From Lytechinus pictus (Eukaryota): 64,000 nucleotides of DNA. The stretch is from positions 31,188,001 to 31,252,000 of the forward strand of contig NC_087251.1 of the NCBI RefSeq assembly GCF_037042905.1, read 5' to 3'. The stretch's first letter is position 1. Each line of letters begins with the position of its first letter. A program made the translations under genes and the position numbers. Shown here one piece after another: positions 26,073 to 40,041 of the stretch. Below the pieces are notes generated by a model. It saw nothing but the letters and a program-made list of their open reading frames with translations, had not been told where the DNA came from and did no database searches.

Positions 26073-27386
26073 CAACCGCGTAGCCAGGATTTCATTTTGG
26101 AGGGGGCGGTAAATGCACGCGAAGCGTGCCAACACTTACAGAGCGCGCGAAGCGCGCTCCCTAGGGGGTGGGTGCAGGGAGGGGGAGTTTCCCCCTCCCT
26201 TGCGAAGCGCGAAGCTTTTGGTGTTTCATAAATTAAAATGAAAAGGAGCCGTCTCTAGTACCTATATATCAGCTCCAATTCAGTTGACTATATTGTGATT
26301 TTGAACCTTGTTTTAAAAAAAGATTGTGAACGCACAAAAAAGGAATACAATTGATAAAACTAAAGCGTTTTATCAATTTTTTGCCATGAAAAGGGTCCCG
26401 AGAAAAGGGTATTCTCAAACACATATTGAATACTTCCCTTGGAAAGATCAGATTTGATTACAAACAATTTAGCAACAGTGCATATGTTTAACTCGCAAAA
26501 CAACGAAACTCTGAAATTTCAAAGGGATGATTATTGAACTTCATTACAAGGAAAATAGTGCGCAAAAAGTTGAAACTTCTGTGATTAATTGAAATTATAT
26601 AAAAAGGATACCTAATTTCTTTCACTTATCCTGAAGCTCTTCATTTTGAATTATAAAGAAACTTTAGTGTCATTCAAAATTTCAAACTGAGGGCGCAAAA
26701 CAGGACAGGAGATGAATGTGCAGGGAAATGACATGAAGTTTAATAGAATTTGATAAAAAAATATTGTACTTTTTTATTTAATACGATACGAATTTTATAC
26801 CTTCCTCTTTTTAAATTAGGAACCTGTTTGCCCCAAAAATTATGGTTGTTTAGTAATGAGCTGAAAAGCGGGAGAAGTTGACTTTATTGAGGTGACGGCA
26901 GAAATTGATATAAAGATTTCACCCGCCCGGAGCCGACCCGACCAGAAGTTGCGCGATCAATAAAAAAAAAGATAACTTCATATACTTCGGCCAAACCTTA
27001 CTCTAATTCCATGCCCTAATGTATACATTTGAACTTTAACTGGCAAGAAACACATATAGCTGAGGTGGAAAAACAGGGTTAGAGAAAGGGTGGGGGGAAC
27101 AATGAAGATCTTCAATATTGTCATTTAACCGCGCGAAGCGCGGGAGCAAAATTCATATATAAAGCGCGGAAGCAAAATTCATATATAAATTTAGAGCAAG
27201 AGTGAAGGAGTTTCTCTTTTGAGAAAAAAAAAAGAATAAAAAGAAAAAAAACACAAAGCTACCTTTCTTCCCTTTCCTCCCTTCCCTTTTCCTTTTCTCC
27301 TCTCTTTTTTCCTTCTTTTTTCTTCTTTTTGGGGACGTTTTGGGGGGGGCGACCGCCCCCACCGCCCCCCCCTGGCTACGCGCCTG
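26073..27386. mobile_element. Non-autonomous DNA transposon with 8-bp TSD (hAT-like)
   Basis: TSD TGAGTAGC at 26065-26072 and 27387-27394; 16-bp TIR caaccgcgtagccagg / cctggctacgcgcctg; absent from the paralogous segment near 10435. Confidence 0.85.
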
Positions 27387-27944
27387 TGAGTAGCAAATAC
27401 CCATACAGAAAGGATGGTAGACTGAAATTCCCATACCCACAGCTTAATGTGCAAAGGCTATTGCATGAAAGCTTAATGGGAAGATTTGTTGCTCATAGAG
27501 TCATGATTTATGCTGGGTAATCAAGCCTGCTGGCTGTATAGCAGGTTGTTCAATTGTCATCGGATTATAAGATGCATGCTCTTAACTTACTTTCTGATTC
27601 AACCAATGCTTTCACAGCCCTCACGTCTCCTTAGCCTCCGTTGCAAGGTTGATAGGCCCTTCATATTTTGTAAGGTATTAACTGGGAGGTCAGAATCCAT
27701 TTATCCCTCTTCTAGCATTCTCTCCCTTGTTATAGCGGCTACAGAAAAATGACACATTAAAAAAAAAAAAGAATTGTATCAATATATAAAATGGCTTTTA
27801 CTTCAATCATTATTTGTTCTAAGAAAATGTGAGAAAAAGGTGTGATTATATTGTCAAAGAATGCTTGTGATTTTATGTTGATTATGATTTAAGAGTAAGA
27901 AATAGCTTGAAGAGGGCTGAAAAAATCAAATCAAGAGTATTTAA

Positions 27945-28338
27945 AGATAAATTCCAGTTTTGGTAACGATCTCAAAATGACTTTTTACAGAATCTAATAT
28001 AATGACCACCCAAGTGTCTGTTTGTATGAATAAAAAATATGTGCCAAAGGATTCTGGAAGAAATTGTGTAATTGCTGAGAAATAAGCAAAATAAGCGCGG
28101 ATTCGGTCACTTCCGTCGGGTCTTTATTTCAGCAATAATAATACACTGTCCCACGTGTGCCTATCTGTGTTGGTGATCTTCAGTGTGAACATTTTTCAGC
28201 GTAGATTTCAAGATTTCACAAAGGTCAGTTTATGTAACTGTACCAGATCTAGATCCTCGATGATATACTGACAATTAAGCCTGGTTTTACAGACTTTCTC
28301 ATAAAATCAGTGTTTACTGCAACTACTGGCATTTCTCT
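27945..28338. mobile_element. Non-autonomous TTAA-inserting element (Kolobok-like ends AG...CT)
   Basis: TTAA at 27941-27944 and 28339-28342; imperfect 14-bp TIR agataaattccagt / actggcatttctct. Confidence 0.7.
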
Positions 28339-30673
28339 TTAATGTTATGTTCAATGATAACATGTATATATCCATCAGTCTCATAATATTTTATCGCTTA
28401 TTTAACCATAATAGCAAGAATGCTTCTTAGAAATGGGTCTTGGGCCACAGAGGTTAGATTGGTCATATACTTGATTTAAATGCTTGCTTGCACAAACTGA
28501 TCAATGTAACAATATGTTGCCAGGGATAGAATTCTTACTTTTGTCAGAAATGCAACATACCCACATGAGAGTAATGTATACATGTGCCATCAATTTGTAT
28601 AAAGCTGGCAAATTATATAACGGTATACATTTGTCAGTGCTCATTCATAGAAAATGCAGGCAGGCTATTGACTGTATTTCAACTACAGTGAGCGGAGAAA
28701 AGTGATTGTTTACCATATCACAAAAAGTTATTAACAAAAGTTGACATTTACATTCACTAATTCTCTGTCTGTGACGGATAAAATTATAAAAAAAGGACCT
28801 GAATTATCATAGTGCAACTGTAAGTAATTTTTTCAAAAATTCAATATTCCCTACTTTCTTGACTCTGAAAATATAATTTTCCAGAAAATTTCAATTAAAG
28901 ACGAACATCATGTACATGTGGGGAAATCTTGCAACACCTCCATAAGACATTTTCGTAAGAATATATATAATATGCATTGTATGCCAACCTGTGGTATGAA
29001 CACAGCGAGTTTAATTATTTTCATCAGCAGAATTACTCGCTGTCATGGACCGTGAAATCGATAGGCACGTTGAAATATGGCACACGGAAGTGATAGGATA
29101 GCTTCCGAGAAAATAAGAGAGGAGGTTTTGAGTTTTTTTCTTGGTTATATCACTCAAATCATGATACATGAGTACAATTGTAATGTTAGATCTGAATAGC
29201 ATCCTCATTCCTAATGACTTTGATTTTCTACTGGTAATTTCATTGTCACGGCACAACCAAAATGCAATCTTTATTCATTTTTTCTCTTGTATCATAAGTA
29301 ACTTGCTTGTAATGAAAAAATAAGAACAAAAATGAAAAAGCAAACAATAAAGAAATTCCCTCACTTTGTTGACATTGAGAAAGTAAGCAATAAGACAGAA
29401 ATGTTTGTCTTTCATTGGTTATCTATTGGTTTCAGAAATGAAACACCCACCTTCAGAAAGAAGAGGCCTGCAATGATCTGGAAATAACAGGATCAGATCT
29501 CCTCATGTCCTGAGATGGAAAATTAAAAGTGAAACCATGAATTCAAGGCTGGTGCCAAAAATTTGTGATTACTTGTGCAATATAATAAAGCAAAAATAGC
29601 ATCATAATGACATTCTCACAATTTTTTAGTTTTAAAATCAAAGTTAAATAAAAAATTGAACAAATAAATTGAATTTTACAATATAATTAGATAAAATTTT
29701 TATAATTGTTATAGTTCCCCCGGGGCTTGAACTCCTGACTTCCCAGTTGTGAGATGGATGTTCTACCTACTGAGACAAAACACCAGTACAAGGGATAGAG
29801 CAAAGTCGATTTGGCACTGCACAGTGTCTGCCGGGCCCACGATCAATTAGGCAAAATTAATTTTCGGAGTATTTATATTTCAGATTCTATTACGAACAAT
29901 AAAATATGGATTTTCATTTAATTTCTATTTTTATTTCTACATGTAGAATAAAATCTAAATTAAAAAAAAAAAAAATTCATGTGCATATACACTGTATGGA
30001 GATCATATTGACCTGTCTCGAGATAGGAAGGACAGGTAAGGGGATATTGATATAATATTATATGACCAGGATGTGCTTTTCTGCAGGTATGGAGCACCAA
30101 GGACAATTACAATTTGATGAAATGACACATTAACTGAACTTGACATTATTCATACATAAATAAAAAGTTTAAGAGTTAAGGCTGGCATACAGTGGTGCAG
30201 TGAGATTTTTGTAAATGTGTCATCTTTGATCCTTTTTTTTCCTTCAAAAAAGGTTGGAGAGATAAAAAATATTTCTTGTTGTTGTTGTAGTCTTCAACTG
30301 ATGTGAACATAGGATATCCACAGGAAATACAACAAAGATTCCAGTAAGGCAAGTTGAGCAATTTCCTCTTGACTATTAAATGCAATGATGAAAAGTATAA
30401 AAATTCTGCAGAGTAGACACAAGGTAATTTAATCCTTTGACGACATATGGTGATTAAACATTAGACACTATCACACTTGAACTACACGGGAAATTTGTTT
30501 CTAACTGGAAAACTGTTGCATAAATTGGTAAGGTAGATAATATTCATAATTATTTATGTCCAAATATAAAACTTTATAGGCCTAAACCTATATTCTTAAT
30601 CTCTAGAATCTTAACAAATACTGCTTTATTTCTTCATTTCTCTTTAGGAGTTTTGCCTGCTGTGTGTTTAATC

Positions 30674-31765
30674 ATGGATGACTTGTACACAGTCCAAATG
30701 GATAGCACTTTGAATGTTACTACAACTTTTCAACCAACTATACCCTTGATCTACACCAGCCAAACTCATGTTGAAGTCATTGCTTCCCTGACCATTACCA
30801 TCGGAATACTGGGCATTGTTGGAAACTTAATGGTGTTCCTGGCTGTTGCCCTCTCAAAGGGTCTCCAGAACTCCACCAATGTCTTTGTGGTGAGTCTATC
30901 AATATCTGACTTCATTTCCGCCATTACTCTGCCATTTCAAGGTGCTTCAGTGCTCTCTGAGTCTGGCTGGCCTTTCAGGAAAGGACTGTGTGACCTCCTG
31001 GGAGCCTTATTCATCTGGACAAACTCAACCAGCATCCTGACTATAACAGCCATTGCAGTCAATCGTTATATCATTATCACTAAGACTATAAGAGTTCAGC
31101 AGAGGATCTATACACACTGTGGAAACACCTTGATGGTAGCACTGCTATGGACGTTTCCATTCCTGGTTTTGGTGACTCCTCAGCTCATTCCTGCAACAGG
31201 TGATATAGTGTATAATCCTGTCTACAGGTTGTGTATCTGGGATTTGGAACATCCTTCAGCCATTGTGTTTCAAAGCATAGGCTCGGTTATCTTCATCAGT
31301 TGCTCCGTCATCATAGCCTACTGCTATGCAGCAATCTATCGCTTTGTCCGAAGACATGTCAAGAAGACAGAAAACACCCTCAGAGAATCAAGTGAAAACT
31401 TAGAAATGACAGATCAAACCAACAGAAAGAAGCCACCGAAAGGCCCAAGCATCAAGCAAATCAATATCACCAAGAACTTGGCTGTGGTTGTGGTGGTATT
31501 CTCCATCTGTGTTCTGCCATACACCCTAAACCTGTATGTACCATTGTATAGCTTATACACAGCCTACCTAGCTGTTCTTGTGGTTCTTCCCAATTGTTTG
31601 AACCCTATGATCTATGCAGCACGGCACCCTCTATTCAAGGTAGTCTTTAAATGCATGTTAACCTGCAGGTTCCGGGATATCCCTCATCCTTCTGAATGGC
31701 TCAAAGCTCTTCTTCATAATACAGGTTCTGCCAACAGAACCTCACAGTCCAGCTCTACAGTTTGA
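30674..31765 (+). CDS. Rhodopsin-class (class A) orphan GPCR, intronless CDS, 363 aa; melatonin-receptor/moody/Tre1-like NRY motif
   Basis: Seven hydrophobic segments with GN (TM1), LSISD (TM2), AVNRY (TM3), W (TM4), FSICVLPY (TM6), NPMIY (TM7); Cys at start of TM3 and in ECL2; N-terminal NVT sequon. First in-frame ATG at 30674 follows a pyrimidine-rich acceptor (tttctctttag ending 30647), implying upstream non-coding exon(s). Confidence 0.93.
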   Translation: MDDLYTVQMDSTLNVTTTFQPTIPLIYTSQTHVEVIASLTITIGILGIVGNLMVFLAVALSKGLQNSTNVFVVSLSISDFISAITLPFQGASVLSESGWPFRKGLCDLLGALFIWTNSTSILTITAIAVNRYIIITKTIRVQQRIYTHCGNTLMVALLWTFPFLVLVTPQLIPATGDIVYNPVYRLCIWDLEHPSAIVFQSIGSVIFISCSVIIAYCYAAIYRFVRRHVKKTENTLRESSENLEMTDQTNRKKPPKGPSIKQINITKNLAVVVVVFSICVLPYTLNLYVPLYSLYTAYLAVLVVLPNCLNPMIYAARHPLFKVVFKCMLTCRFRDIPHPSEWLKALLHNTGSANRTSQSSSTV

Positions 31766-33399
31766 TTATCAGTCAGATTAAATCAAGTAGTTTAATCTGT
31801 TGCTGACTGGAACTGAATGGTTCCTGTACAAAGCCTATCAATGGGAATTGCAGAATTCAGTTGTCAACCGGATAACAAATGTTCCTTCCATTTCTCATCA
31901 ACACATAGGATTTCACAATGACTTTCCTGAATCCACAATGTTTTGAATATAGTGAAACTTAATTTAACCCATTGAATACTGGGAACAGGTAATAACCACT
32001 GTACAAAGCTTATGCAAATAACAAAATTTAGTAGTCAAAACTTAGATAATGACTTTCAGGCCGGTTGGGTGTCAATTTCTACATCTTCAACCTGGTGTCA
32101 TCCTGGCAAACCAGCTTTTCTTCTCAACTTTGCCATACCTGAAGGCTCTGTCACATCGTTCTGTGCAAGCCTTGCGTGTGACTTACGGGTGACTATTCAT
32201 GCTACCCACAGGTCACCTGCATTGACAGTATCTGACTGTCTCCCTAGCATCTCACACGCATTGCCCGCAGAATTACATGCAAGTCTGATTTGCACGCAGA
32301 AAAGTTTTGAACATGCTCAAAACTTTGTTGCGGGTGATTGACCGCAACTCATCCACAAGACTTGCACAGAAGGATGTGACAGGGCCTTTAACTAATCTAG
32401 ATATTGGCCAAATTAACATAAAAATTCCTAGATAATGGGTAGCCGTAATAAATCATAAGACTTTGAAAAGAAAATCAGATTAGTCTTTAGTATACTTCTT
32501 CAAAGCCAAATTCATCATGCTCACCCAAAATATGGTGTATTAAACAATGAAAAGCATATGAAGTTTTTTATGATGTCATTGATTTGGTACTCGATACACA
32601 CAATCTGGACATTGGTGATGTCTGCACCCATTACATACTTGATACAAAATACCCATGTGTCCATACCATTTCAAAGTGCAAGAGGTAACAGCTAATGGAA
32701 CTTACTTATAAATGTTCTCTCAGGCATAAGACACATCAACAACAGTCAAGATGATGATGAGTACTTCCTCTTTGATATTGATACTCCAGGCCAGGGGCCC
32801 ATTTCATGAAGCGTTACAGCTTTTGTAACTTTGCCATTATGGCAACATCCATGGTAATGGGGCTTATAGCAGCCAACCACAATAAAGGTTTCCATGGTAG
32901 TTACAATAATAACAAAGTTACAAAATATAGCTGTTAATCTTTATGAAACAGGCCCCCTGTTGAAGGAACTTCTTGGTCTCCACCAGGAACTGATGAACCT
33001 GAAGATTTGCCCCCAGTGTGGAACTCCTGCACCTATTCACATGACCATGGAAAAAAAAAAAAAAACTTGGTGAAACTACAAAAGCTTTAGGATTCATCAA
33101 ATCACCAAACCTCATTCAAAATAAGCACAACCTCACACACTTGGATGAATTCTAACAGAGTATTTTGCTCAACTTGTGATATAAACATTTATCAATGCCG
33201 CTCAAAGTATTTTATTTCTTAGTATTCTTTTATCATCAAGAGTACATACATGTATGTGCCTATTTCAGGCCCCACCAAAACCTATATTGTTGTTGTTGTT
33301 TTTGAGATATTAAAGAAAATATATTTCAAGGCAAATGCTCAGTTTCCCCATGGAAAAACGCAGCATCTACAGATGAAAGAGAATTCCATTCAGTTCTAC

Positions 33400-33838
33400 C
33401 GAAATTGCCTCACTAACAAGAAATAATGTATCAATGTGTAATTCAAAGGGAAATTAATAGCTCAGAAATTGAAGGGCATCCTCTACCAACAAGGGCGCCC
33501 TCTGCGGTAAAGTACCCCCAAAATCATGAAAATGGCAAAAAAATAACGCAAAAATTCTTGTAAAGTTTGTAGTTAACAATTCTCCTGAGTTGCTGCGTTA
33601 ATCTATTTTATCCCTCTGAGTTTTTACTTAGATTTTGATGTACTAGTAATACTAGCTTAAAAACACTGGGGTGCCCTCTACAAATTACGGCACCCTCTGC
33701 AAGTAAAATTCCAACCTTCTTGAGACAATCCCGTGAAGTTGGGACTTTGCCACAGAGGACGCCCTTCATTTTCTTAGCTTTTAATTTCACTTTGAATTAC
33801 TCATTGATACATTATTTCTTGGTACTGAGGCAATTTCG
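33400..33838. mobile_element. MITE with long (>80 bp) imperfect TIRs
   Basis: cgaaattgcctca...gaagggcatcctct mirrored by agaggacgcccttc...tgaggcaatttcg. Confidence 0.75.
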
Positions 33839-34049
33839 ACTGAGTAAGTTGTGTAGATAAAATGCATTTAAGTACGTTCCACAGTTATGTTTGTGCGCAT
33901 CATGATCTGCGCATATTTACACTCTGCGTGCTGACGTCACAATGGATGAACTGGTGATTAATCAGCTATAGGTATTGTGAGCTGATTTTTCTCCTTATCT
34001 GCACTAACTGCAGATCCGATGTGTTATTTCATGAAGCTAATGAAAAGGA

Positions 34050-35280
34050 ATTATTCCATGGACCATTTTTTTATTCCTCTACAATTTCAAAATACTTTTC
34101 TATGTAGTGCTGCAAAGTATGATGAATATGACCTGGAGTTTGAATAAGTGGTAGAGTGGTTCGGAGTTTTTCCTCACATAGATGCAAAGCTTTTGGCGCG
34201 TTTTGGGTGTCTTAAGAAGAACATTTGCTCTAATAAGAGTGCTGATAGTTTGAAAACAAGCACATGAACCCATTTTTTCAATGTTTGCACCTCTTAGGTA
34301 TACCTTCCTCTACAACTTTGCAAAGTTTGGTGAAAATGACATGGATTTTGAATAAAGTGCAGTTCTTTTTCTTCTTAAGTGTGTTATTGAAATTTGAAAT
34401 TTTTGAGGTTGAGTATTTATCTTTCCCGCAATTTCTATGAACTGAGAGTGCTGTTAGACTTAAATGAGCAAACGATTGAAAGCACTATAAATAGATTATC
34501 CATCTTAAGGATACAATTATTAATCATTTTGCAAAATTTGACGAAATTTTCATGGATTTTGACTGAGTAATAGAGCTTTAAACTCATTAATGTGATCTCG
34601 TGAGGTCTAAACATGCCAAATTCTTTTGAATGCGAAATTTTGAAGAACATCCATTTGGGTTAACTTTGAAGCTCTATGGCAAAAAATCAAGCACATGGGC
34701 CCATGTTAATTTTTGCATATTTGGAATATTCAGGTGCTAAAGTATCTATGTGCAGAGAATGATGAAAATGACATGGATTTTCAATGTTTGGGAGCCAGAC
34801 TACGGAACCATTCGCATTTTAGATGGTATTAACAGACTTTTGCTTGTTTTCGGCGTATTTTGGGCTGTTTCAAGCCAACTCGCAATACTTTGGACACTGA
34901 TAATTTGAAAACGAGCACATGGACCCCATAGTTTAAATGTCTTAACTTCCTTAAAATATATTCCTCTACAAATCTGGAGATCATGATGAAAATCACATGG
35001 ATTTTGAATGTTTGGGAGCAGGACTATGGAACCATTCACATTTAAGACATTTTGGACGGTAATAGACTTTTGCTTGTTTTCGGCGCATTTTAGGCGATTT
35101 TCAAGCCAACTTGCAACCGTTTAGACTCTGATAGTTTAAAAACGTGCACATGGACCCCATGCTTTTAACATTTTAACGTCTTCAAAATAAATTCCTCTAC
35201 AACTCTAGAGGGTAGGATGAAAATGACATGGATTTTGAATGTTTGGGAGCAGAACTAAGGAACCATTCATATTTTGGACA
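34050..35280. repeat. Diverged tandem array, period about 225-230 bp
   Basis: gatgaaaatgacatggattttgaatgtttgggagc recurs at ~34761, ~34986 and ~35217, with more diverged copies near 34330 and 34120. Confidence 0.7.
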
Positions 35281-38200
35281 TTTTTTTTTCTTCATACGTT
35301 GACTATGACCTGTAATTTTCGATTATATAATTATCAAAATGCGTTTTTGAAACTACAACTTATTTATTTACCAATCACTAAATTGTATATAATTTTTATC
35401 TATTATGATGTTTATTCTGCTTTGTATACTATATGTGTATATGTTTGTTGCTATGTTTATTATCTGAAAATGAAAACAAAATGGAAAAAAAAGGGTCATC
35501 AGTCGTGCGTAAAGTCATGCATATCAGGTAGGTTTTTACCTACAGTAATAGAAGGAAAGTGTTTACATGTATAGATTTCTAAAGAGAGGAATGGGGTAGG
35601 GAAATAACAGCAACAAAGAGATCGTAACCAACCTGCAGATGCCTCTTTTACAGCGTCGTCTCACTGCTTCCGAAGATTCTCCATGATACATCTCTGCATA
35701 ATAACCATGAGCTCGACCTAACATCAATAATGGTGGGAGGAGGAGGGCTGGGTAGCTGGAGAAATAAACAAAGCTACCTAGGTTAAAATTTGGTCAACAA
35801 TAATAAGAGTTAGTAAGGAGACGACATATGACAGTGAAACTGACTCCTCCAGATTTTATGGATATTTTGTGGAAGAATCAGAGTTGAGCTGTATACAAGA
35901 ATGTGACCTGTATCAGCGGATATGGAAGCGACAAAAATGAAACTTCATTGTTAAAAAAAAAATTATGGCCACTTTGAGTTGAAATACATCAAACTTGGGC
36001 TCTGATAGAATATCAGGTAGAAAAGAATATTTTATGGTATCATTAAGTTGTTTTTAATAAATCAACACTATTTTACAAGGAATGGTTCCATAGTGGAATA
36101 ATCTACTAGGAAGACATTTGAATATTGATGGAGGTTTTACAAATTTATCAGAAACATCATCTTTGTTGAAATTTAATATTTTATTATTGATAAAGACAAG
36201 CTGTACCTAAAATTTGGTTTTCAAAATCATTGACTATAAAGACCACCAAAAGTCTGCCGAGCTGAATATACCCAAATTAAAAATTGGTACTTCAGTAAAA
36301 TGCTTAATTCAAGAAACATTAAGATACTTTTACAAATATGTTGTACATCACACAGGGCATTCAAAATACTGTTTAATGAAAAGTGAAAAGAATCTTATAA
36401 TGGAGGAAAATACCGGTACTTGTCATGGAGAAGAGAAGAAGACAAAATACATGTTTTGATCACATGTAAAGTGAATCAAAGCTTTTGGACATACTTTTGT
36501 TTATTAAAAAAGTCTTTCAAACACATGTTCATGTTATTATCGATGTCGATCTTTTGATAAAGAGGACACCTGTAAATTGTAATGAGCACAAAGATAATAT
36601 CATTCATATAGCTTTTTGTTTGGACTTTGTATAATTTTCTATAAATCAATTTTGTTACATAATTACAAGGAAGAAGACAATAACCCATTTTGATTTGCAT
36701 TTGAATTGCATAAGAGACTTGAAATTAACAAAAACTGTACCTGTGAGGTAAATAAACCTTTTAATCGTCCATATGTATTTGATTACAGTATGTTTGATGT
36801 TTTTTATGTAAATGTGTAATGAAGATACAGACAAAGTGATTACATATAAATACTAATGAAACAAAAATAAATATAAGTGCCCAAACATATGCAGTGCCCT
36901 TGTCTGTGCAAATGCCTATTTGCACAATATTTATTACGTTTATTACACGACATGCACCTACATGTAACACAAGAAAAACTGGTGAAAAACATTTGATTTT
37001 TTTTACACAAGGTTCAAATTGCAATGTTCCTAAATCTAACCGAGTGTGTACAAATTAAAATGAATGTCTACACTGATATTCATCTCAAAATGGCATGGCC
37101 ATGGTTTCTTCACATTTTTTTATATTGGTCTGCATAATACAGTACTGGACTACTGGTTCTTATTTTTATTTATTTTTTCATATTGGTACCAACTTTTGTA
37201 GGATTAAAAAATCCAAAATGCAGTGTGTATACTGAGAAAGTTAAATAAATGTGTGTTTTTCGAAAGGGTGATATATGTACAAGCTGAATTACTGTAGCAC
37301 ACTTATGCATGAAATCTGCCTTATCCATGGCGATGTAGTTTCCCGTGTAGTTTAAACCTGTTTTGTGAATACTGCACAGACATAGGATTCTGTATAGCTC
37401 TGTACTGTATAAGATTACAGAATATTCCTTCAAATAGAGATTAGCTATAAATGGGTGATAATTCAAAACTAAGTTTTACAATCTCACTGAAGTAGAATGT
37501 TGTCCTGAAAACTTCTGATTGATATGATACAATTTTGAAGAAAATCAGGCAAAGAATGGAACAATAAGGACCAAAAGCTCATTTTAGGGGCATGGCCTAA
37601 AAATGCTGAGCCATAGTCTGCTGGAAATGTGAAAAGCCCTCATTTTCTAATTAGAATATAATTGAGCAGATCAGTGTGATTTAAAAAAATATATATATAT
37701 AGTAAATATATAGCATGAAAACTAAATTGGCATTGTAAAAAAGTTTTACAAATATTTTTAAAGTATTGAAGCAATCAAGCAAGGTCATTTTGGTTTGGAC
37801 CCTCAATGGTGAAAATATTCAAACTGACTGGTTGCCAAATAATAAGAAGAACACCCCCCCCTCAATATATCTAAGAGCTGATTTCCCCCCAGTCATATTG
37901 TACATACATGTAATACAGTGATGGCAGCCATTTTACTGTAAAAATACAGCACATGTAAAATTTAATATTTTTTTTAAGAAGACAAAAAATATCTGATAAT
38001 ATAATCCCAAGTTTAATGGCCCAAGAAATATTACAAGTTCCATTTATTATGATAAAATATTTTTTTAAGTAATGAACAAAATGTTAATTCTAATCCAGTT
38101 TTATTGATCTGAAATGACCTTTGACCTTGACCAGTAACCTGAACTGTCTTGAAACTACCCTATGTCTAAGTACTGTAACATAACATAATCATACCAAGTC

Positions 38201-38741
38201 TCATGCCTCAGCCCCTTATCTTATTCTCACATGCCTACAAGTATATTGTTAAATTGATCACAAATCAAAGCATGGCATATGACAAAGGAATACAAATGCA
38301 TCAACAATATATCTTGTATTGGGCAGGGAATTCCCAATTGCCAGCGAGAATCACTATTCGAGTCAGAGGGAGATTGGAATAGGCACCACTCATTAAATGA
38401 AGGAGGTTATGATATAATCTTGTTCTCTGTGTGGGGAAATAAGGTTGGCAATGTTTGGCTTATTTTCTTTTGTTCTTGGGGACAAATGCTTTTTATACAC
38501 TCAGTTTCAGTTTTTAGATGTTGACATTGCCGGCTTTCCATAGTTGTGATTCATCAGATCAATCGGAAACTCTTTGTAAGATGGGGCAATGAATAGCACT
38601 TTAGTGTGATCTATGGTAGATATGAATACATCACCAGTACACATGAGGTCTAGGCTAGAGTGAATCTATAGGGAATATTAATATCTGTACTTTTACAGAC
38701 TGTTTCAGACTTTTATTTTCCCCTTCCAAGTTAAATAATAA

Positions 38742-39332
38742 AGGTCAAGTTCACCCCAGAAAATTGTTGATTCGGCGAATCAATGGAGAATAATCAAACA
38801 AGCATAACGCTGAAAATTATAAACATTTTTGCCTATTTTTCACAAAACAGTTATATGCACAACTCTGTAACATGCAAATGAGAAAGTCGATGATGATCCT
38901 CACTCACTATTTCTTTTGTTTTTTATTGTTTAAATTATACATTATTTCAATTTTTTACTGTTTTGACAATAAGGACTTACATTAATGCACCATAAAATGA
39001 AAAAAAAAGAAGGTAAGTTCACATGTTCAGGGAGGGAGGAATAACATGTATTTGTTTCACAGGACAATGAGGAGAAATCAGAATATTTCATATACAGTAT
39101 AATAAAATACAAAAGAAATATTGAGTGGGTGACATCATCAGTCCCCTCATTTGCATACTGATCAAGATGTGCATATATACATGTAGGGCTGTTTTCTAAA
39201 ATTAAGAGAAACTTAAAAATGTCATAACTTTCTTAAATTTTACAGCTGTTTTTTATGAAATTTTCAGTGTTTTGCTAATTGGATTTTTCTCTTTTTATTC
39301 AAATCAACTGTTTGTTGGGATGGACTTGTCCT
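38742..39332. mobile_element. Non-autonomous TTAA-type (Kolobok-like) element, copy 1
   Basis: aggtcaagttcacccc...gggatggacttgtcct then TTAA; colinear with 57687-58288. Confidence 0.8.
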
Positions 39333-40041
39333 TTAACAAATTATGTTACGGGGGCAGCTCTCCTCCTGGCCATTTTATAGTTGGGACATTTTTTAACAAA
39401 TCTGGTGCATACTTTAATGCAATACAAAGTCATGAGCTTTGGTATACCTGTAATGGACAGAATTTACTTATCAAAATTTTCTCACGAGTATGCACTAGAT
39501 CCCATAGTTTCAAATCTAAAAACCTCTCTACCGTGAGAGGGGAAGACCCCCCCCCCCCCCCGGCTCAGTCACTTTGCTCCCTTGAATGGTCTCACTCCAA
39601 GCCACTTCATAAGCTTGGAATATCTACCCTTGTGAAAATTATTTTTCATCATTTATAATCATTGTACAAAATAGTATGGCTACCGTTTTTAATTTTAGAA
39701 TTCACTTAAGAAATCATACATTTTATTAACTTATTGAATGCCTCTAGCAGTCTTGCATACATGGACATAATAACAGCAGTGTTAATTTTGAAAAGAGAGA
39801 GAGAAAAAAAAACCACACATTCATTCGATACCGGTAATAAAATTTCAAGTTTGGTGACCTCAAATTATCTTTGGAGTTAATTTAACTCAAAGAAACCTGA
39901 AATTATATTCATCCCAAATCCTGATACTTTTCAACCATTCAACATTTTACATCCATGTTTAACATAATATTTTAAATGCATATTTCAAAAGAGAAATCAA
40001 GCAAGTTAGGCATTATCGTGGTTTATGTCACCAGTCCATTC

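Noticed and set aside
30653..30673. ORF-track start of the GPCR at 30653
   Set aside because: It is a TTG just after a splice acceptor; the first ATG is at 30674.
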